20,462 bases of DNA from Candidatus Micrarchaeota archaeon (lineage in GTDB: Archaea; Micrarchaeota; Micrarchaeia; Anstonellales; Bilamarchaeaceae). The notes under the pieces were generated by a model. That model saw only the letters and a program-made list of their open reading frames with translations, made no database searches and was not told where the DNA came from. Position 1 is the first letter of the stretch. Each line of letters starts with the position of its first letter. Position numbers and translations under genes: made by a program. The stretch covers positions 1-20,462 of the forward strand of contig JBGFRX010000033.1 in assembly GCA_041694885.1 (NCBI GenBank). Reading direction: 5' to 3'. Positions 7,117 to 16,592 of this stretch are shown here, piece by piece.

Positions 7117-8406
7117 TCAGAATACGCCGGCAAAATCGAGCAGGAAAAGGGCTGCGGTTATCCACATTCCCGGATGTATTTCCCCTATTTTTCCTGAGAA
7201 TATCTTGAGTATTACGTACATTATCACCGCGAGCCCTATTCCATGGCTTATGGAAAAGGTGAGGGGAATTGCCGCCAGGCAGAAGAGCGCAGGGATGCTT
7301 TCGCTGTAGTCGCGCAGATCCAGGGCTCTTATTGTTCCGAGCATGAGCAAACCGACTATTATGAGCACAGGCGCTGTTGCCTCCATGGGTACGAGCCGGA
7401 TTAACGGAAGGAAAAAGAGGGAAAGTACGAAGAATATGCTTACGAAAACAGCGGTAAGTCCGGTTTTTCCGCCTGCATCATAGGAGGATGCGCTTTCAGC
7501 ATACACGACTTGCGGAGGAGCGCCCAATGCGGAGCCGAAAATGGTCGCAAGCGAGTCACTCATCATAACCCGGTCGAGGTCTCTTATCCTTCCCTTCCTG
7601 TCCGTGTGCCCGCCTTTTATGAGCAGCGCTGTGCTCGTTCCTATGGTGTCGAAAAACGTGACTACGAAGAGCGCGAGTACTACGGAGAGAACGCCTGCAT
7701 TGAAGAGCCCTGCGATGTCGAATTTGAATGCAACTGAAGTGAGGTTGAAGGGGAAGTCGATGATGCCGAGATGCGGAAGGGAATTATTGTAATACGCGAG
7801 CGAAAGCGAGAGCAGCGTGGTGAGCAGGATTCCTATCAGGAACGCGCCCCTTACCCTTCTTATGAAAAGAAGGCCGGTTATCAGGAAGCCGAATATCGCG
7901 AGCAGCGCCTCGGGCGCGAAAATATCCCCCAGCGTTATCAGGGTAAACTGCGATGGGACTATAAGGTGGGCGCGCGCAAAACCAACTGAGGCAAGCAGCA
8001 GCCCTATTCCACCTAAAATTCCGAGGCGCAAGCCAGGAGGTATTGCTTCCACGAACCACACTCTTATTTTGCTCAGAGAAAGCACGAGCAGAATCACACC
8101 CACCACGAGCGATGCGGCTAAGGATATCTGCCAGGAAATTCCGAGTGTTTTCACCAGCGTATAGGTCACGAGGACGTTGAGCGTTATCCCGGGCGCGACC
8201 AAATAAGGCTTGTTCGCTATGAGCGCAAGAAGAAGGGTGCCGAGCGCTGCTGCGATTCCTGTTGCGAAAAATGCACCATCGAAATCCATTCCAGCTTCAT
8301 GCATTATCTGTGGATTGAGGAAAAGTATGTAGGAGGATGCTAAGAAGAGCGTGAGCCCTGCGATAAATTCGTTTTTCACGTTCACTTTTCCGAAATCGAA
8401 TATCAT
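7117..8406 (-). CDS. NCS2 family nucleobase (guanine/hypoxanthine/adenine) permease, AzgA/PbuG-like
   Basis: EFIAGLTLFLASSYILFLNP, FFDTIGT, YAESA..GGKTGLTA, ATAPVLIIVG and IPLTFSISHGI, with many TM helices. GGTGA SD precedes ATG 8406. Confidence 0.93.
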   Translation of the reverse strand: MIFDFGKVNVKNEFIAGLTLFLASSYILFLNPQIMHEAGMDFDGAFFATGIAAALGTLLLALIANKPYLVAPGITLNVLVTYTLVKTLGISWQISLAASLVVGVILLVLSLSKIRVWFVEAIPPGLRLGILGGIGLLLASVGFARAHLIVPSQFTLITLGDIFAPEALLAIFGFLITGLLFIRRVRGAFLIGILLTTLLSLSLAYYNNSLPHLGIIDFPFNLTSVAFKFDIAGLFNAGVLSVVLALFVVTFFDTIGTSTALLIKGGHTDRKGRIRDLDRVMMSDSLATIFGSALGAPPQVVYAESASSYDAGGKTGLTAVFVSIFFVLSLFFLPLIRLVPMEATAPVLIIVGLLMLGTIRALDLRDYSESIPALFCLAAIPLTFSISHGIGLAVIMYVILKIFSGKIGEIHPGMWITAALFLLDFAGVF

Positions 8407-8423
8407 GGCATCACCGCGATAGC

Positions 8424-8813
8424 TTAGATGTCGAAGAGCACCTGTATCTTCCATCTGCACTTCTTCCCGCTTACCTCGAGCATATGGAAGGTTACTGCTT
8501 TTATTATATTTTCAGAGGTTTTGTATTCGCCGAAAATTTCGATTGCCATATTTTTGCCATCATATTTCCTGACCTTCAACCTGGCAGGAGTGAAGCCATC
8601 GCTTTCGCATTTCGCGAGAATCTCGGAAAACAAAAATACAACTAATTCGTCCTTTCGTTCGCGCTCAACGGAAATTTCAATCTTTTCTTTGGGTTTTGCC
8701 TTTCCCATGAACGAGAACATGCCGAGCGCCGCTTCCTCCAATGCGCTTTCGAAACTGTTCCCTTTGGCAATCACACCCACATCAGCCGTGTGCTCGAGGA
8801 TTTTAAAGGACAT
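8424..8813 (-). CDS. Archease (RtcB tRNA-ligase cofactor)
   Basis: N-terminal EHTADV, IKAVTFH and C-terminal VLFDI. Confidence 0.93.
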   Translation of the reverse strand: MSFKILEHTADVGVIAKGNSFESALEEAALGMFSFMGKAKPKEKIEISVERERKDELVVFLFSEILAKCESDGFTPARLKVRKYDGKNMAIEIFGEYKTSENIIKAVTFHMLEVSGKKCRWKIQVLFDI

Positions 8814-8828
8814 GTGGGAATATGGGGT

Positions 8829-9104
8829 TCAGAATTTAAAAACAACTGCCTGCTTCTTCGTCTCAGGAGGCCTGGCCACTTGTTTGATTTTTTTCAGATA
8901 TTCTGAATATTTGGTGTCCAAGTAGGTGGCGCGCTCGGTTCTCGATTTGATTGTTTGTCCAAAGTCGTGCAACGTCTCTTTGTCCACGTGCGGAATATTT
9001 GCCCAAAAATCCGGTTTTTTATCGTTCGCGTTTTGCCCTTTTGCAAACTGCTCCTTCGCAAACAGGTCATAGAAACCATGGATATAATTCCACTTCCAAC
9101 TCAT
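8829..9104 (-). CDS. Hypothetical protein, 91 aa
   Basis: Fills the valS-archease gap. AGGT SD-like site, and a TTTAAA box overlapping the valS stop. Confidence 0.6.
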   Translation of the reverse strand: MSWKWNYIHGFYDLFAKEQFAKGQNANDKKPDFWANIPHVDKETLHDFGQTIKSRTERATYLDTKYSEYLKKIKQVARPPETKKQAVVFKF

Positions 9105-9138
9105 ATGGCTACCTGATATGAATTGGATGGCAAAAAAT

Positions 9139-11523
9139 TTAAAGTCTTTCTATAGGCGCGAATACCGCTTCAAGCAGCTCCACCCTGTCCAACTCCTCTA
9201 TTTCCAGCTTTTCTATTTTCATCACTCCCTTTATGTCCTCCTCGAAGCCAGAGATGTCTGGGGCCCTGATTTTCACGAGCAGGAGTTTGGAATTCATCGC
9301 CTTTTTGTTCGAGGCCTTGTGCTGCCTGAGTAGTTTCACGATTTCATTCGCAATGAGCGCCTTCTCCACTGCTCCAGGATCCAATTCGCCCGGAGAAGGC
9401 CATTCGCTTCGGTGTATGCTTTTGTTCTCCTTGAAAAGTTCGGACCATATTTCCTCAGTTATGTGCGGCACTATGGGAGCAAGTATTCTCACCGTATTGT
9501 AGAGAACCTGGCGCATGGAGTGCTGGGCTGCTTTTTTGCTTTCCGCGCCGTACGTCTGCTGGTCATAGAGCCGGTGCTTCACATATTCCAGATAATTGTC
9601 GCAGAAGTCGTGCCAGTAGAACTGATAAATTTTGGACATCGCATAATGGTATTCGAATTTCTCCATGTGCGCGGTGAATTCCTTTATCGTCTCGTTTAGC
9701 CGGGAAATTATCCACTTGTCAACTGGCTTGAGCTCGCCTTCGCCGCCTGAATGACCCTCGAGCCCTATCTCCACCAAGCGCGCGGAATTCCACAATTTGT
9801 TTAGGAACGCCTTCGTGTATTTTATGTCCTCGTAGGAGAATGGACGATCTTTTGCCATAGCTCCTGAAAGCGCAGCCCACTGCCTTATCGCATCGGTGGG
9901 GTATTCTGCCTTGAGCTGCTCTGGGCTTATCACGTTGCCAAGCGACTTGCTCATCTTCTTTCCGTCCGGAGCGAGCACGTTCCCGTTCAGGAGTATTGTT
10001 TTCCATGGTTTTGTTCCTGTGAGCATCCCGCATCTGTAGATGGTGTAGAAAGCCCAGGTGCGCACTATTTCCACGCCTTGCGGACGCAGGGAAGAAGGGT
10101 AGAGTTTTTCCATCATTTTCCTGTTGTCTGGCCAGCCGGCTATGATGAGCGGCGTTATGCTTGAATCGACCCAGCAGTCGCAGGTGCTTGTTTCCGGTTT
10201 CATCTGCGCCCCGCACCCGCACGTCCTGGGTTTCGCGCTTTCCGCATAGAACGGAAGCTCATCAGCAGGAGCGGTTCTGCTGCATTTTTCGCAGTAGTAG
10301 AAAGGAATGGGAGTCCCGAAAAACCGCTGCCTCGAAATCACCCAGTCCCACTCAACGTTGTCCACCCAGTCAATGAGGTAGGAGATGCCGAAGGAAGGGA
10401 CCCATTCAATTTCATTCGCGAATTCCTTTATCTTACCTGCCTTTGCCTTTATGTCCCCGAACCACTGCATGCTCATTATGAATTCCACAGGGGTTTTGCA
10501 CCGGTCGTGTATTTTCACGATTTGGATTTTCTTTTCCTGCTTTGCGAGCTTGCCCTCGTTTTTCAGCTTTTTCAGGATTTTCGCGCGCGCCTGCTCCACT
10601 TTGAGCCCATCGAATTCCTTTGCATTGTGCATTTTTCCGTACTGGTTTATCACGTCTTTGAAAGGGAGCTTGTAGCGGTGCGCCCAAACGACGTCCATCT
10701 TGTCCCCGAACGTGCACACCATCATCAATCCGGTTCCGAATTCCTTTTCCACGTCCTTGTCTGCGATTATCGGAATTTCCTCTCCCAAAGGAGTTTTCGC
10801 CTTCTTTCCTTCAAGATGTTTGTATCTTTCGTCAGCAGGGTTGAACATCATTGCAACGCATGCGGGAATCAACTCCGGCCGCGTGGTCGCAATCTGCAGG
10901 GGCTTGCTGGCTGGACCGGTGAAATTGATGTAATTGAGGAGCGTCTTCCTTTCCAAATCCTCCAATTCCGCTTTGGCTATTGCGCTCACGCACGAGGGAC
11001 ACCAGTGCACAGGATAGGCGGCGCGGTAAATCTGGCCTTTCTTGTGCATTTCAATAAGCGAGAGCTGCACTTTTTTGTGGTATTCCGGATCCATGGTGCG
11101 GTATTCGTACCTCCAGTCGGCCGAGAAGCCCATCTCATTCATCTGCTTTTTCATCCGCGCAATCATTTCGTGCGTCCATTCCACGCACTTCTGCCTGAAT
11201 TCCGCAGGAGGGAGTTTCCCGTATTTTTTTTCCACTCTTACTTCGGTCGGGAAGCCCTGGGTATCCCAGCCCTGCGGGTAATGCACATTATAGCCGTTCA
11301 TTCTTTTGTATCTTGCAATAAAATCGAAAAAAGAATAGGACAAAACGTGGCCCATGTGCAAATCGCCTGAAGTGAACGGAGGGGGAGTGTCTATGGAATA
11401 TACTGGTTTCGCGTTCCGGGCTTCGAGTTCCGAATCGTCAAATCTGTAAACTCCTTCCTCTTCCCATTTCTTCTGCCATTTTGCTTCTATTTCCCTTGAG
11501 TAATTTTTTGCGAGCATGGTCAT
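9139..11523 (-). CDS. valS: Valine--tRNA ligase, archaeal type
   Basis: IDTPPP, HMGH (HIGH), IATTRPEL, WDWVISRQRFFG, KMSKS and FCDNYLE. Alternative start at 11517. Confidence 0.96.
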   Translation of the reverse strand: MTMLAKNYSREIEAKWQKKWEEEGVYRFDDSELEARNAKPVYSIDTPPPFTSGDLHMGHVLSYSFFDFIARYKRMNGYNVHYPQGWDTQGFPTEVRVEKKYGKLPPAEFRQKCVEWTHEMIARMKKQMNEMGFSADWRYEYRTMDPEYHKKVQLSLIEMHKKGQIYRAAYPVHWCPSCVSAIAKAELEDLERKTLLNYINFTGPASKPLQIATTRPELIPACVAMMFNPADERYKHLEGKKAKTPLGEEIPIIADKDVEKEFGTGLMMVCTFGDKMDVVWAHRYKLPFKDVINQYGKMHNAKEFDGLKVEQARAKILKKLKNEGKLAKQEKKIQIVKIHDRCKTPVEFIMSMQWFGDIKAKAGKIKEFANEIEWVPSFGISYLIDWVDNVEWDWVISRQRFFGTPIPFYYCEKCSRTAPADELPFYAESAKPRTCGCGAQMKPETSTCDCWVDSSITPLIIAGWPDNRKMMEKLYPSSLRPQGVEIVRTWAFYTIYRCGMLTGTKPWKTILLNGNVLAPDGKKMSKSLGNVISPEQLKAEYPTDAIRQWAALSGAMAKDRPFSYEDIKYTKAFLNKLWNSARLVEIGLEGHSGGEGELKPVDKWIISRLNETIKEFTAHMEKFEYHYAMSKIYQFYWHDFCDNYLEYVKHRLYDQQTYGAESKKAAQHSMRQVLYNTVRILAPIVPHITEEIWSELFKENKSIHRSEWPSPGELDPGAVEKALIANEIVKLLRQHKASNKKAMNSKLLLVKIRAPDISGFEEDIKGVMKIEKLEIEELDRVELLEAVFAPIERL
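11406..11433. repeat. Four 7-bp units inside the valS 5' coding region
   Basis: GTTTCGC GTTCCGG GCTTCGA GTTCCGA on the plus strand, encoding SELEARNAK on the minus strand. Confidence 0.6.
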
Positions 11524-11526
11524 TCC

Positions 11527-12729
11527 TCAGCCAAGCTGCGTGATTTTCTTCACTTCTTCGGCAAACGTTTCTACTTCCTTTTTCGTATTGTAAATATAGA
11601 AGGAAGCGCGAACCGCGCCGTCGCATGCACCTATGTGTTCCATCCCGGGCTGGGCGCAGAACACGCCGCTCCTTACCGCTATCCCTTTCATCCTGTCCAA
11701 CATTATTGCAACCTGGTGCGGGGCTACGTTCCTTATATTGAATGTGAATATTCCTGTGCGCTTTTCACTCTCCTTCGGGCCGTAAATCTTCAGGTTTTTT
11801 TCATCATCCAGGGCATCGAATGCGATTTTTCCCAGTTCCTGCTCGTGCTGCTCCACGTTCCGCATCCCGGTCTTTTTCAAATAGTCCGCTGCCTCGCCCA
11901 AGCCGATTATGCCTGAATAATGCTGTATCCCTGCCTCGAATTTGCGGGGGGGTTTTGCCCATACAATGCGGTCGGTTTTCACTTCTTCCATAGTGTCCCC
12001 CCCTACCAAAAAGGGCGGCATGCACTCAAGATGCTCCGTTTTCGCGATAAGGCAGCCGATGCCAGTAGGGCCGAGCATCTTGTGCCCGGAAAATGCGAGA
12101 TAATCAACTCCTGATTTTTTGAAATCGATTTGTGAATGGGGAACGGCCTGCGCAGCGTCCACGATTATCTGGGCTCCGTTTTCGTGCGCGATTTTCACGA
12201 TCTCCGCAATGGGATTTTTCGTCCCCAGGGTGTTGTTGGTGTGGTGGATTGCAACAAGCGCGGTGTTCCTGTCTATCAGTTCGCTGTACTGCGAAGCATC
12301 GAAAGTTCCGTCGGGCATGGGTTTCGTGTAGATCAGCTCAATTTTTTTGTCCAATGCCATGACCTCGAAGGGGAGCATGGAGGAATGGTGCTCCAGGATT
12401 GTGCCGACCACTTTCTTCTTTTTCGAAAAATCGAACGTCTTCGCAACCAGGTTTATGGCTTCCGAGCAGTTTTTCGTATAGACGACATTCTCGCTTTTCG
12501 CACCGACGAAATCCGCAATCTTTGCCCTTCCTTCTTCCGCTTTTTCGTTTACGAGCCGGGAAAGCCGGTGCGCGCTCCTTCCTGCACATCCGCCGTATTC
12601 CTCGTAATAGGCACGCACCGCATCGATGACCTTTTTCGGCTTGAGTGTGGTGCACGCGTTATCCAAGTAGATTATATCTTTGTGCTTCTGCAGAATCGGA
12701 AAATCCATTCTTAATTTTTCGTCAAGCAT
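11527..12729 (-). CDS. sufS: Group II (SufS-like) PLP-dependent cysteine desulfurase
   Basis: DFPIL, YLDNACTT, EHHSS, DAAQ, SGHKMLGPTG (PLP Lys), catalytic loop RSGVFCAQP and RASFYIYNT. Confidence 0.9.
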   Translation of the reverse strand: MLDEKLRMDFPILQKHKDIIYLDNACTTLKPKKVIDAVRAYYEEYGGCAGRSAHRLSRLVNEKAEEGRAKIADFVGAKSENVVYTKNCSEAINLVAKTFDFSKKKKVVGTILEHHSSMLPFEVMALDKKIELIYTKPMPDGTFDASQYSELIDRNTALVAIHHTNNTLGTKNPIAEIVKIAHENGAQIIVDAAQAVPHSQIDFKKSGVDYLAFSGHKMLGPTGIGCLIAKTEHLECMPPFLVGGDTMEEVKTDRIVWAKPPRKFEAGIQHYSGIIGLGEAADYLKKTGMRNVEQHEQELGKIAFDALDDEKNLKIYGPKESEKRTGIFTFNIRNVAPHQVAIMLDRMKGIAVRSGVFCAQPGMEHIGACDGAVRASFYIYNTKKEVETFAEEVKKITQLG

Positions 12730-12733
12730 AAGC

Positions 12734-13648
12734 TCACTTTTTCAGTTCTTCCTCTATCGCATCCCTTAGCTCTTCATAGGTTACCACGCCCACGAACTTT
12801 TTGTTTCTTATGAAGAAGGTCGGGGTACCATATATGCCTATTTCCCTTCCCTCGTTCTCCAGTTTATCTATTTCGGGCTGGTATCGCGCGGATGTGTAGC
12901 AGGAGTTGAATTTTTCCATATTCAGGTTGGCTGAGTTGGCGATTGTAACTATAGTTACATTGCCAGTCCTCTTCCATTCCTCCTGATTGTCGAACAGTGC
13001 CTTCCTGTATTTCATGTATTCTTCAGTCCCCTGCTCGTACGCGCACCACGAAGCCAAGGCCGCCTCGTTGCTGTATGGATGGTCCGGAAGCGGGAACGTC
13101 TTGTATATGAATTCCACCCGGTTGCCATATTCGGAATAGAGCCGCTGCACTATGGGCTCTGCTTTTGCAGTGTATGTACAGGAATAGCAGCCCACTTCGT
13201 ACACTATCAGTCCGTAATTCGCGTTCCCGAATGCCTGGCCTTCCGGGTTTTGGGGGAAAGGGGGCCCTGCTGCCTTCCCGATCTTCAGTCCGTCTGCAAC
13301 ATCCTGAAGAATGCAGAAGCCGCCAAGCGGACCGCTGCAGTTCCCATAAACAGCGAAATTGTAAACGCTGAGGAACGAATAGGCGGCGCTCGCGAGCATG
13401 AAAATTACGAATGCCGAGGAAAGGAGCTCGAAATTATTGTGGACTGCCTTTGCAAGCCAGGTGGAGACAGGAAGCAATCGGGAAACGATTTCCGTCTTTA
13501 TCTTCTCGTCCAGTTTGGTGTCGCACTTCCTCAAAGTAACCGTGTTCACAAAGCAGTGGAACGCTTCCTTCGCGTACGCGCGGTACTTCACCGAAAAGAT
13601 TCCCATCACCGCGAACACGGTGAGCGCGATTATGCAGATTAGGGCCAT
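12734..13648 (-). CDS. Membrane-anchored DsbA/thioredoxin-fold protein
   Basis: Two N-terminal TM segments, EVGCYSCTYT, FPLPDH..S..AALA and cis-Pro loop GTPTFFI. Start MALICII at 13648. Confidence 0.85.
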   Translation of the reverse strand: MALICIIALTVFAVMGIFSVKYRAYAKEAFHCFVNTVTLRKCDTKLDEKIKTEIVSRLLPVSTWLAKAVHNNFELLSSAFVIFMLASAAYSFLSVYNFAVYGNCSGPLGGFCILQDVADGLKIGKAAGPPFPQNPEGQAFGNANYGLIVYEVGCYSCTYTAKAEPIVQRLYSEYGNRVEFIYKTFPLPDHPYSNEAALASWCAYEQGTEEYMKYRKALFDNQEEWKRTGNVTIVTIANSANLNMEKFNSCYTSARYQPEIDKLENEGREIGIYGTPTFFIRNKKFVGVVTYEELRDAIEEELKK

Positions 13649-13726
13649 AACATCCTGTGAAGTTTCAACGCTTTCAATTAAATATTTTCCTTTCGTTTGA
13701 TTTATCACCAAGGTTCGGATGATTGC

Positions 13727-14506
13727 ATGGTTGCCCGCGCGAAGCCCAAAAATGCGAAAGAACCCGAAGACGATATAATGACACGGCAGATGCCGGACAT
13801 TTGCGAGAATATGATGAAGTTTGCCACTGTGAATGGAGGAATTGGCGAGCGGGTGAAGATGAGCGTAGGAAAAGAAACCACTCCGAAAGGAAGCACTGAT
13901 TTTACCTGGAAAATGTCGCTCGATTTGTTCGGGAACAGGGGGAGGGACAAGATAAGAACAATGGAGGGATTTGCCAAAATCGAGAATGGCGAAATAGCGG
14001 TTTACGACAAAAAGGGCAAAAGGATTGGAAACTTCGCCAACAAGACGCAGTTCGTTTTCGACAGCTCTTATGCAAAGGAGGAAAAACCAGCTGCTGTTGT
14101 GCCGGCAAAAACAAAAGAAATCGTACAATATCCCCCTCCAATAAGCATCAAAGGTACTGGCTCGGATATAAAAATAATTTCCGCACCGTCCCCTGCTCAG
14201 GAAAAAACTGCTTTTCCTGCTGATGCCAACGCCCTAAAAATAAAAATAGTCCCTCCTCCCGAAGTCGGGGTATCTAAGAATACAAAAAAGGAAGAAGCGC
14301 GATTTACCTTCATAATGAGAAAAAGCGAAATTACTGGGTTAGGTGGTTATGGAATAAAACAAATGATAACGGAAACGAACGGTGTCCCGGATAAAATAAT
14401 GCAAATGTTGTGGAATGAACCTCAACTTAGGAATGTATTGAAAAATTTGAAGCGGCCGGAGATTTGGCGGGTAGATTATAAAAAGGGCATAATTGAGTTC
14501 GTTTAG
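13727..14506 (+). CDS. Hypothetical protein, 259 aa, with a Pro/Lys-rich linker
   Basis: Long ORF divergent from the dsbA-like gene, A-rich codon usage. No family recognised. Confidence 0.75.
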   Translation: MVARAKPKNAKEPEDDIMTRQMPDICENMMKFATVNGGIGERVKMSVGKETTPKGSTDFTWKMSLDLFGNRGRDKIRTMEGFAKIENGEIAVYDKKGKRIGNFANKTQFVFDSSYAKEEKPAAVVPAKTKEIVQYPPPISIKGTGSDIKIISAPSPAQEKTAFPADANALKIKIVPPPEVGVSKNTKKEEARFTFIMRKSEITGLGGYGIKQMITETNGVPDKIMQMLWNEPQLRNVLKNLKRPEIWRVDYKKGIIEFV

Positions 14507-14537
14507 GATTTTGCGGATTTTTGTACTGGTGGAAATC

Positions 14538-15764
14538 ATGCTGAAGGACACGGACGCGGAAATTTACGGAATAATGCAAAAAGAGCTGCACAGGCAGATG
14601 TACGGGCTCGAATTAATACCTTCCGAAAATTACGTCTCCAGGGAAGTGATGGAGGCAATGGGCTCCTGGCTCACGAACAAATATTCAGAGGGCTACCCGG
14701 GAAAAAGGTATTACGGCGGGAATGAATTCATAGACATGATCGAAAACGTAGCGATAGAAAGAGCGAAGGCGCTTTTCGGCGCAGAGCACGCGAACGTCCA
14801 GCCCTATTCCGGCTCTCCTGCGAACCAGGCGGTGTACATGGCAATGGTCCAGATGGGCGGGAAAGTGATGGGAATGGACCTTGCGCAGGGAGGCCATCTC
14901 ACGCATGGCTCGCCGGTGAATTTTTCCGGAAAATGGTACAAGATGGTCCCGTACGGCGTGGACAGGGAAACCGAACTTATCGATTACGATTTGATACTCA
15001 AAAAAGCGGTTGAGGAAAAGCCGAAGATGATAATAGTGGGCGCCACTGCGTACCCGAGAAAGTACGATTTCAAAAGAATAAGGGAAATTTGCGACGAAGC
15101 CGATGCGTATGCGTTTGCTGACATTGCGCACATCGCTGGTTTGTGCGCAACAGGAGTGCATGAAAATCCTACTTCTTATTTCGACGTCGTTTCAACAACT
15201 ACGCACAAGACCCTGAGAGGCCCGAGGGGCGCGATGATAATGTGCAAAGCAAAATACGCACAGGCAATAGACAAAGCGGTGTTTCCCGGACTGCAAGGGG
15301 GGCCGCACGACCACACCACTGCCGCAATCGCAGTCATGCTAAAGGAGGCGTCGCTTCCTTCCTTCAGGGCTTATACGGAGCAGATAGTGAAGAATGCGAA
15401 GGCGCTTGCTGAAGCGCTCGTTGACCATGGATTCCGGCTCGTATCCGGAGGAACGGACAACCACCTTATCCTGATTGATTTGAGGAACAGGAGTATAATG
15501 GGCAAGGAGGCACAGGTGCTTTTGGATTCCGTAGGGATTACTACCAATAGGAACATGATTCCTTATGACCCTTCAACGCCATTCAACCCTTCTGGACTCA
15601 GGATGGGAACTCCAGCACTCACTTCCCGCGGAATGAAGGAAAGCGAGATGGAAACAATTGGAGAATTCATAAACCGGGCGCTGGAAAAAAGAAATGATCC
15701 CGCAGCTCTCGCGAAAGTTAAATCCGAAGTGGAGGAGCTCTGCAAAAATTTCATCATCTATTGA
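14538..15764 (+). CDS. glyA: Serine hydroxymethyltransferase, bacterial-type
   Basis: [43 protein letters not shown] and SGGTDNH. GGTGG SD precedes ATG 14538. Confidence 0.96.
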   Translation: MLKDTDAEIYGIMQKELHRQMYGLELIPSENYVSREVMEAMGSWLTNKYSEGYPGKRYYGGNEFIDMIENVAIERAKALFGAEHANVQPYSGSPANQAVYMAMVQMGGKVMGMDLAQGGHLTHGSPVNFSGKWYKMVPYGVDRETELIDYDLILKKAVEEKPKMIIVGATAYPRKYDFKRIREICDEADAYAFADIAHIAGLCATGVHENPTSYFDVVSTTTHKTLRGPRGAMIMCKAKYAQAIDKAVFPGLQGGPHDHTTAAIAVMLKEASLPSFRAYTEQIVKNAKALAEALVDHGFRLVSGGTDNHLILIDLRNRSIMGKEAQVLLDSVGITTNRNMIPYDPSTPFNPSGLRMGTPALTSRGMKESEMETIGEFINRALEKRNDPAALAKVKSEVEELCKNFIIY

Positions 15765-15769
15765 TTTGT

Positions 15770-15946
15770 TTATTTTCTGGGTGCTTCGATCATGCCGCGG
15801 TTTCTGCATTTCCAGCCGTTGCCGGTTGGAGCCCTATGGTCGCAGTCCTTATCCATATCATAAACCGTTTTTTTGCATTTAAGATAGGGTTCGCCGGCTT
15901 TCTGGACCGAATGATTGCATTTTACGAGCTTTCGTTTTTCGCCCAT
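15770..15946 (-). CDS. Cys/His-rich microprotein, 58 aa, putative metal-binding
   Basis: MGEKRKLVKCNHSVQKAGEPYLKCKKTVYDMDKDCDHRAPTGNGWKCRNRGMIEAPRK* fills the glyA-bud32 gap. GGGGT SD-like site and TTTTTAAA upstream. Confidence 0.6.
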   Translation of the reverse strand: MGEKRKLVKCNHSVQKAGEPYLKCKKTVYDMDKDCDHRAPTGNGWKCRNRGMIEAPRK

Positions 15947-15989
15947 CTTCAGACCCCGGGATTATGGTGTATGTATATGTTTAAAAACG

Positions 15990-16592
15990 TTAAGCATACC
16001 TCGCCCTTCTCTTCACTTCTTCCATCCTTTCCATTATTTTTTCAAATCCCCTGGATTCTTTTTTGTATCCACGCAGGAACTCATGGCTGTTTTCTATACT
16101 TTTCAGCATCGTAAGCACGTCTACTGCCTTGTCCTCTATATCATTCGAGAAGAAGCCGAGCCCGAAATCAATAACGTAAATTTTGTTTCCGCTTTTGATC
16201 AGGTTCGCAGGGGTGAAGTCACCGTGGATTATGCCTGCATTGTGCAATTTCGCGAGGATTTCGCCGGCGGATTTGCATTCCTTTGGATTCATTTCAGGCC
16301 GCTTTCCCCCTAACTTAATCATCCCTATTGAGAATTCGTCCACAAAAAGCACGGTCGGACATTTCACTCCTATGGACTTGGCTCTGTGGAGCAGCTTTGT
16401 TTCCTGCCTGGTGCGCTCGCGCCTAAGCTTGTTGTCGAGTTCGCGTATTCTGTATGTCTTCGGGATGCGCTCTTTCACTAAAATTCTTCTGCCCATGAAT
16501 GATGCATTTTTCAGAACCGCTTCTGCGCCCTTCATGATGGTTTTGCGTTTGGGGTTCAGGGTTTTGGATTTTGGACCGGAAACTCGAAGCAC
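15990..16592 (-). CDS. bud32: KEOPS complex kinase Bud32
   Basis: GAEA, KERIPKTYR..ELD..LR.ERT, HGDFTPAN, IDFGL and EDKAVD. GTG 16592 follows an AGGTGA SD (alternative ATG 16535). Confidence 0.92.
   Translation of the reverse strand: MLRVSGPKSKTLNPKRKTIMKGAEAVLKNASFMGRRILVKERIPKTYRIRELDNKLRRERTRQETKLLHRAKSIGVKCPTVLFVDEFSIGMIKLGGKRPEMNPKECKSAGEILAKLHNAGIIHGDFTPANLIKSGNKIYVIDFGLGFFSNDIEDKAVDVLTMLKSIENSHEFLRGYKKESRGFEKIMERMEEVKRRARYA

Noticed and set aside
10507..11370. 287-aa plus-strand ORF
   Set aside because: Antisense shadow of valS with no motifs.
13649..14128. 160-aa N-terminal extension of the DsbA-like ORF
   Set aside because: Antisense to the 13727-14506 ORF and crosses the AT-rich divergent promoter gap.
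15761..16313. Plus-strand ORFs of 117 and 132 aa after glyA
   Set aside because: Phe-rich antisense shadows of bud32 and the 58-aa minus-strand ORF.
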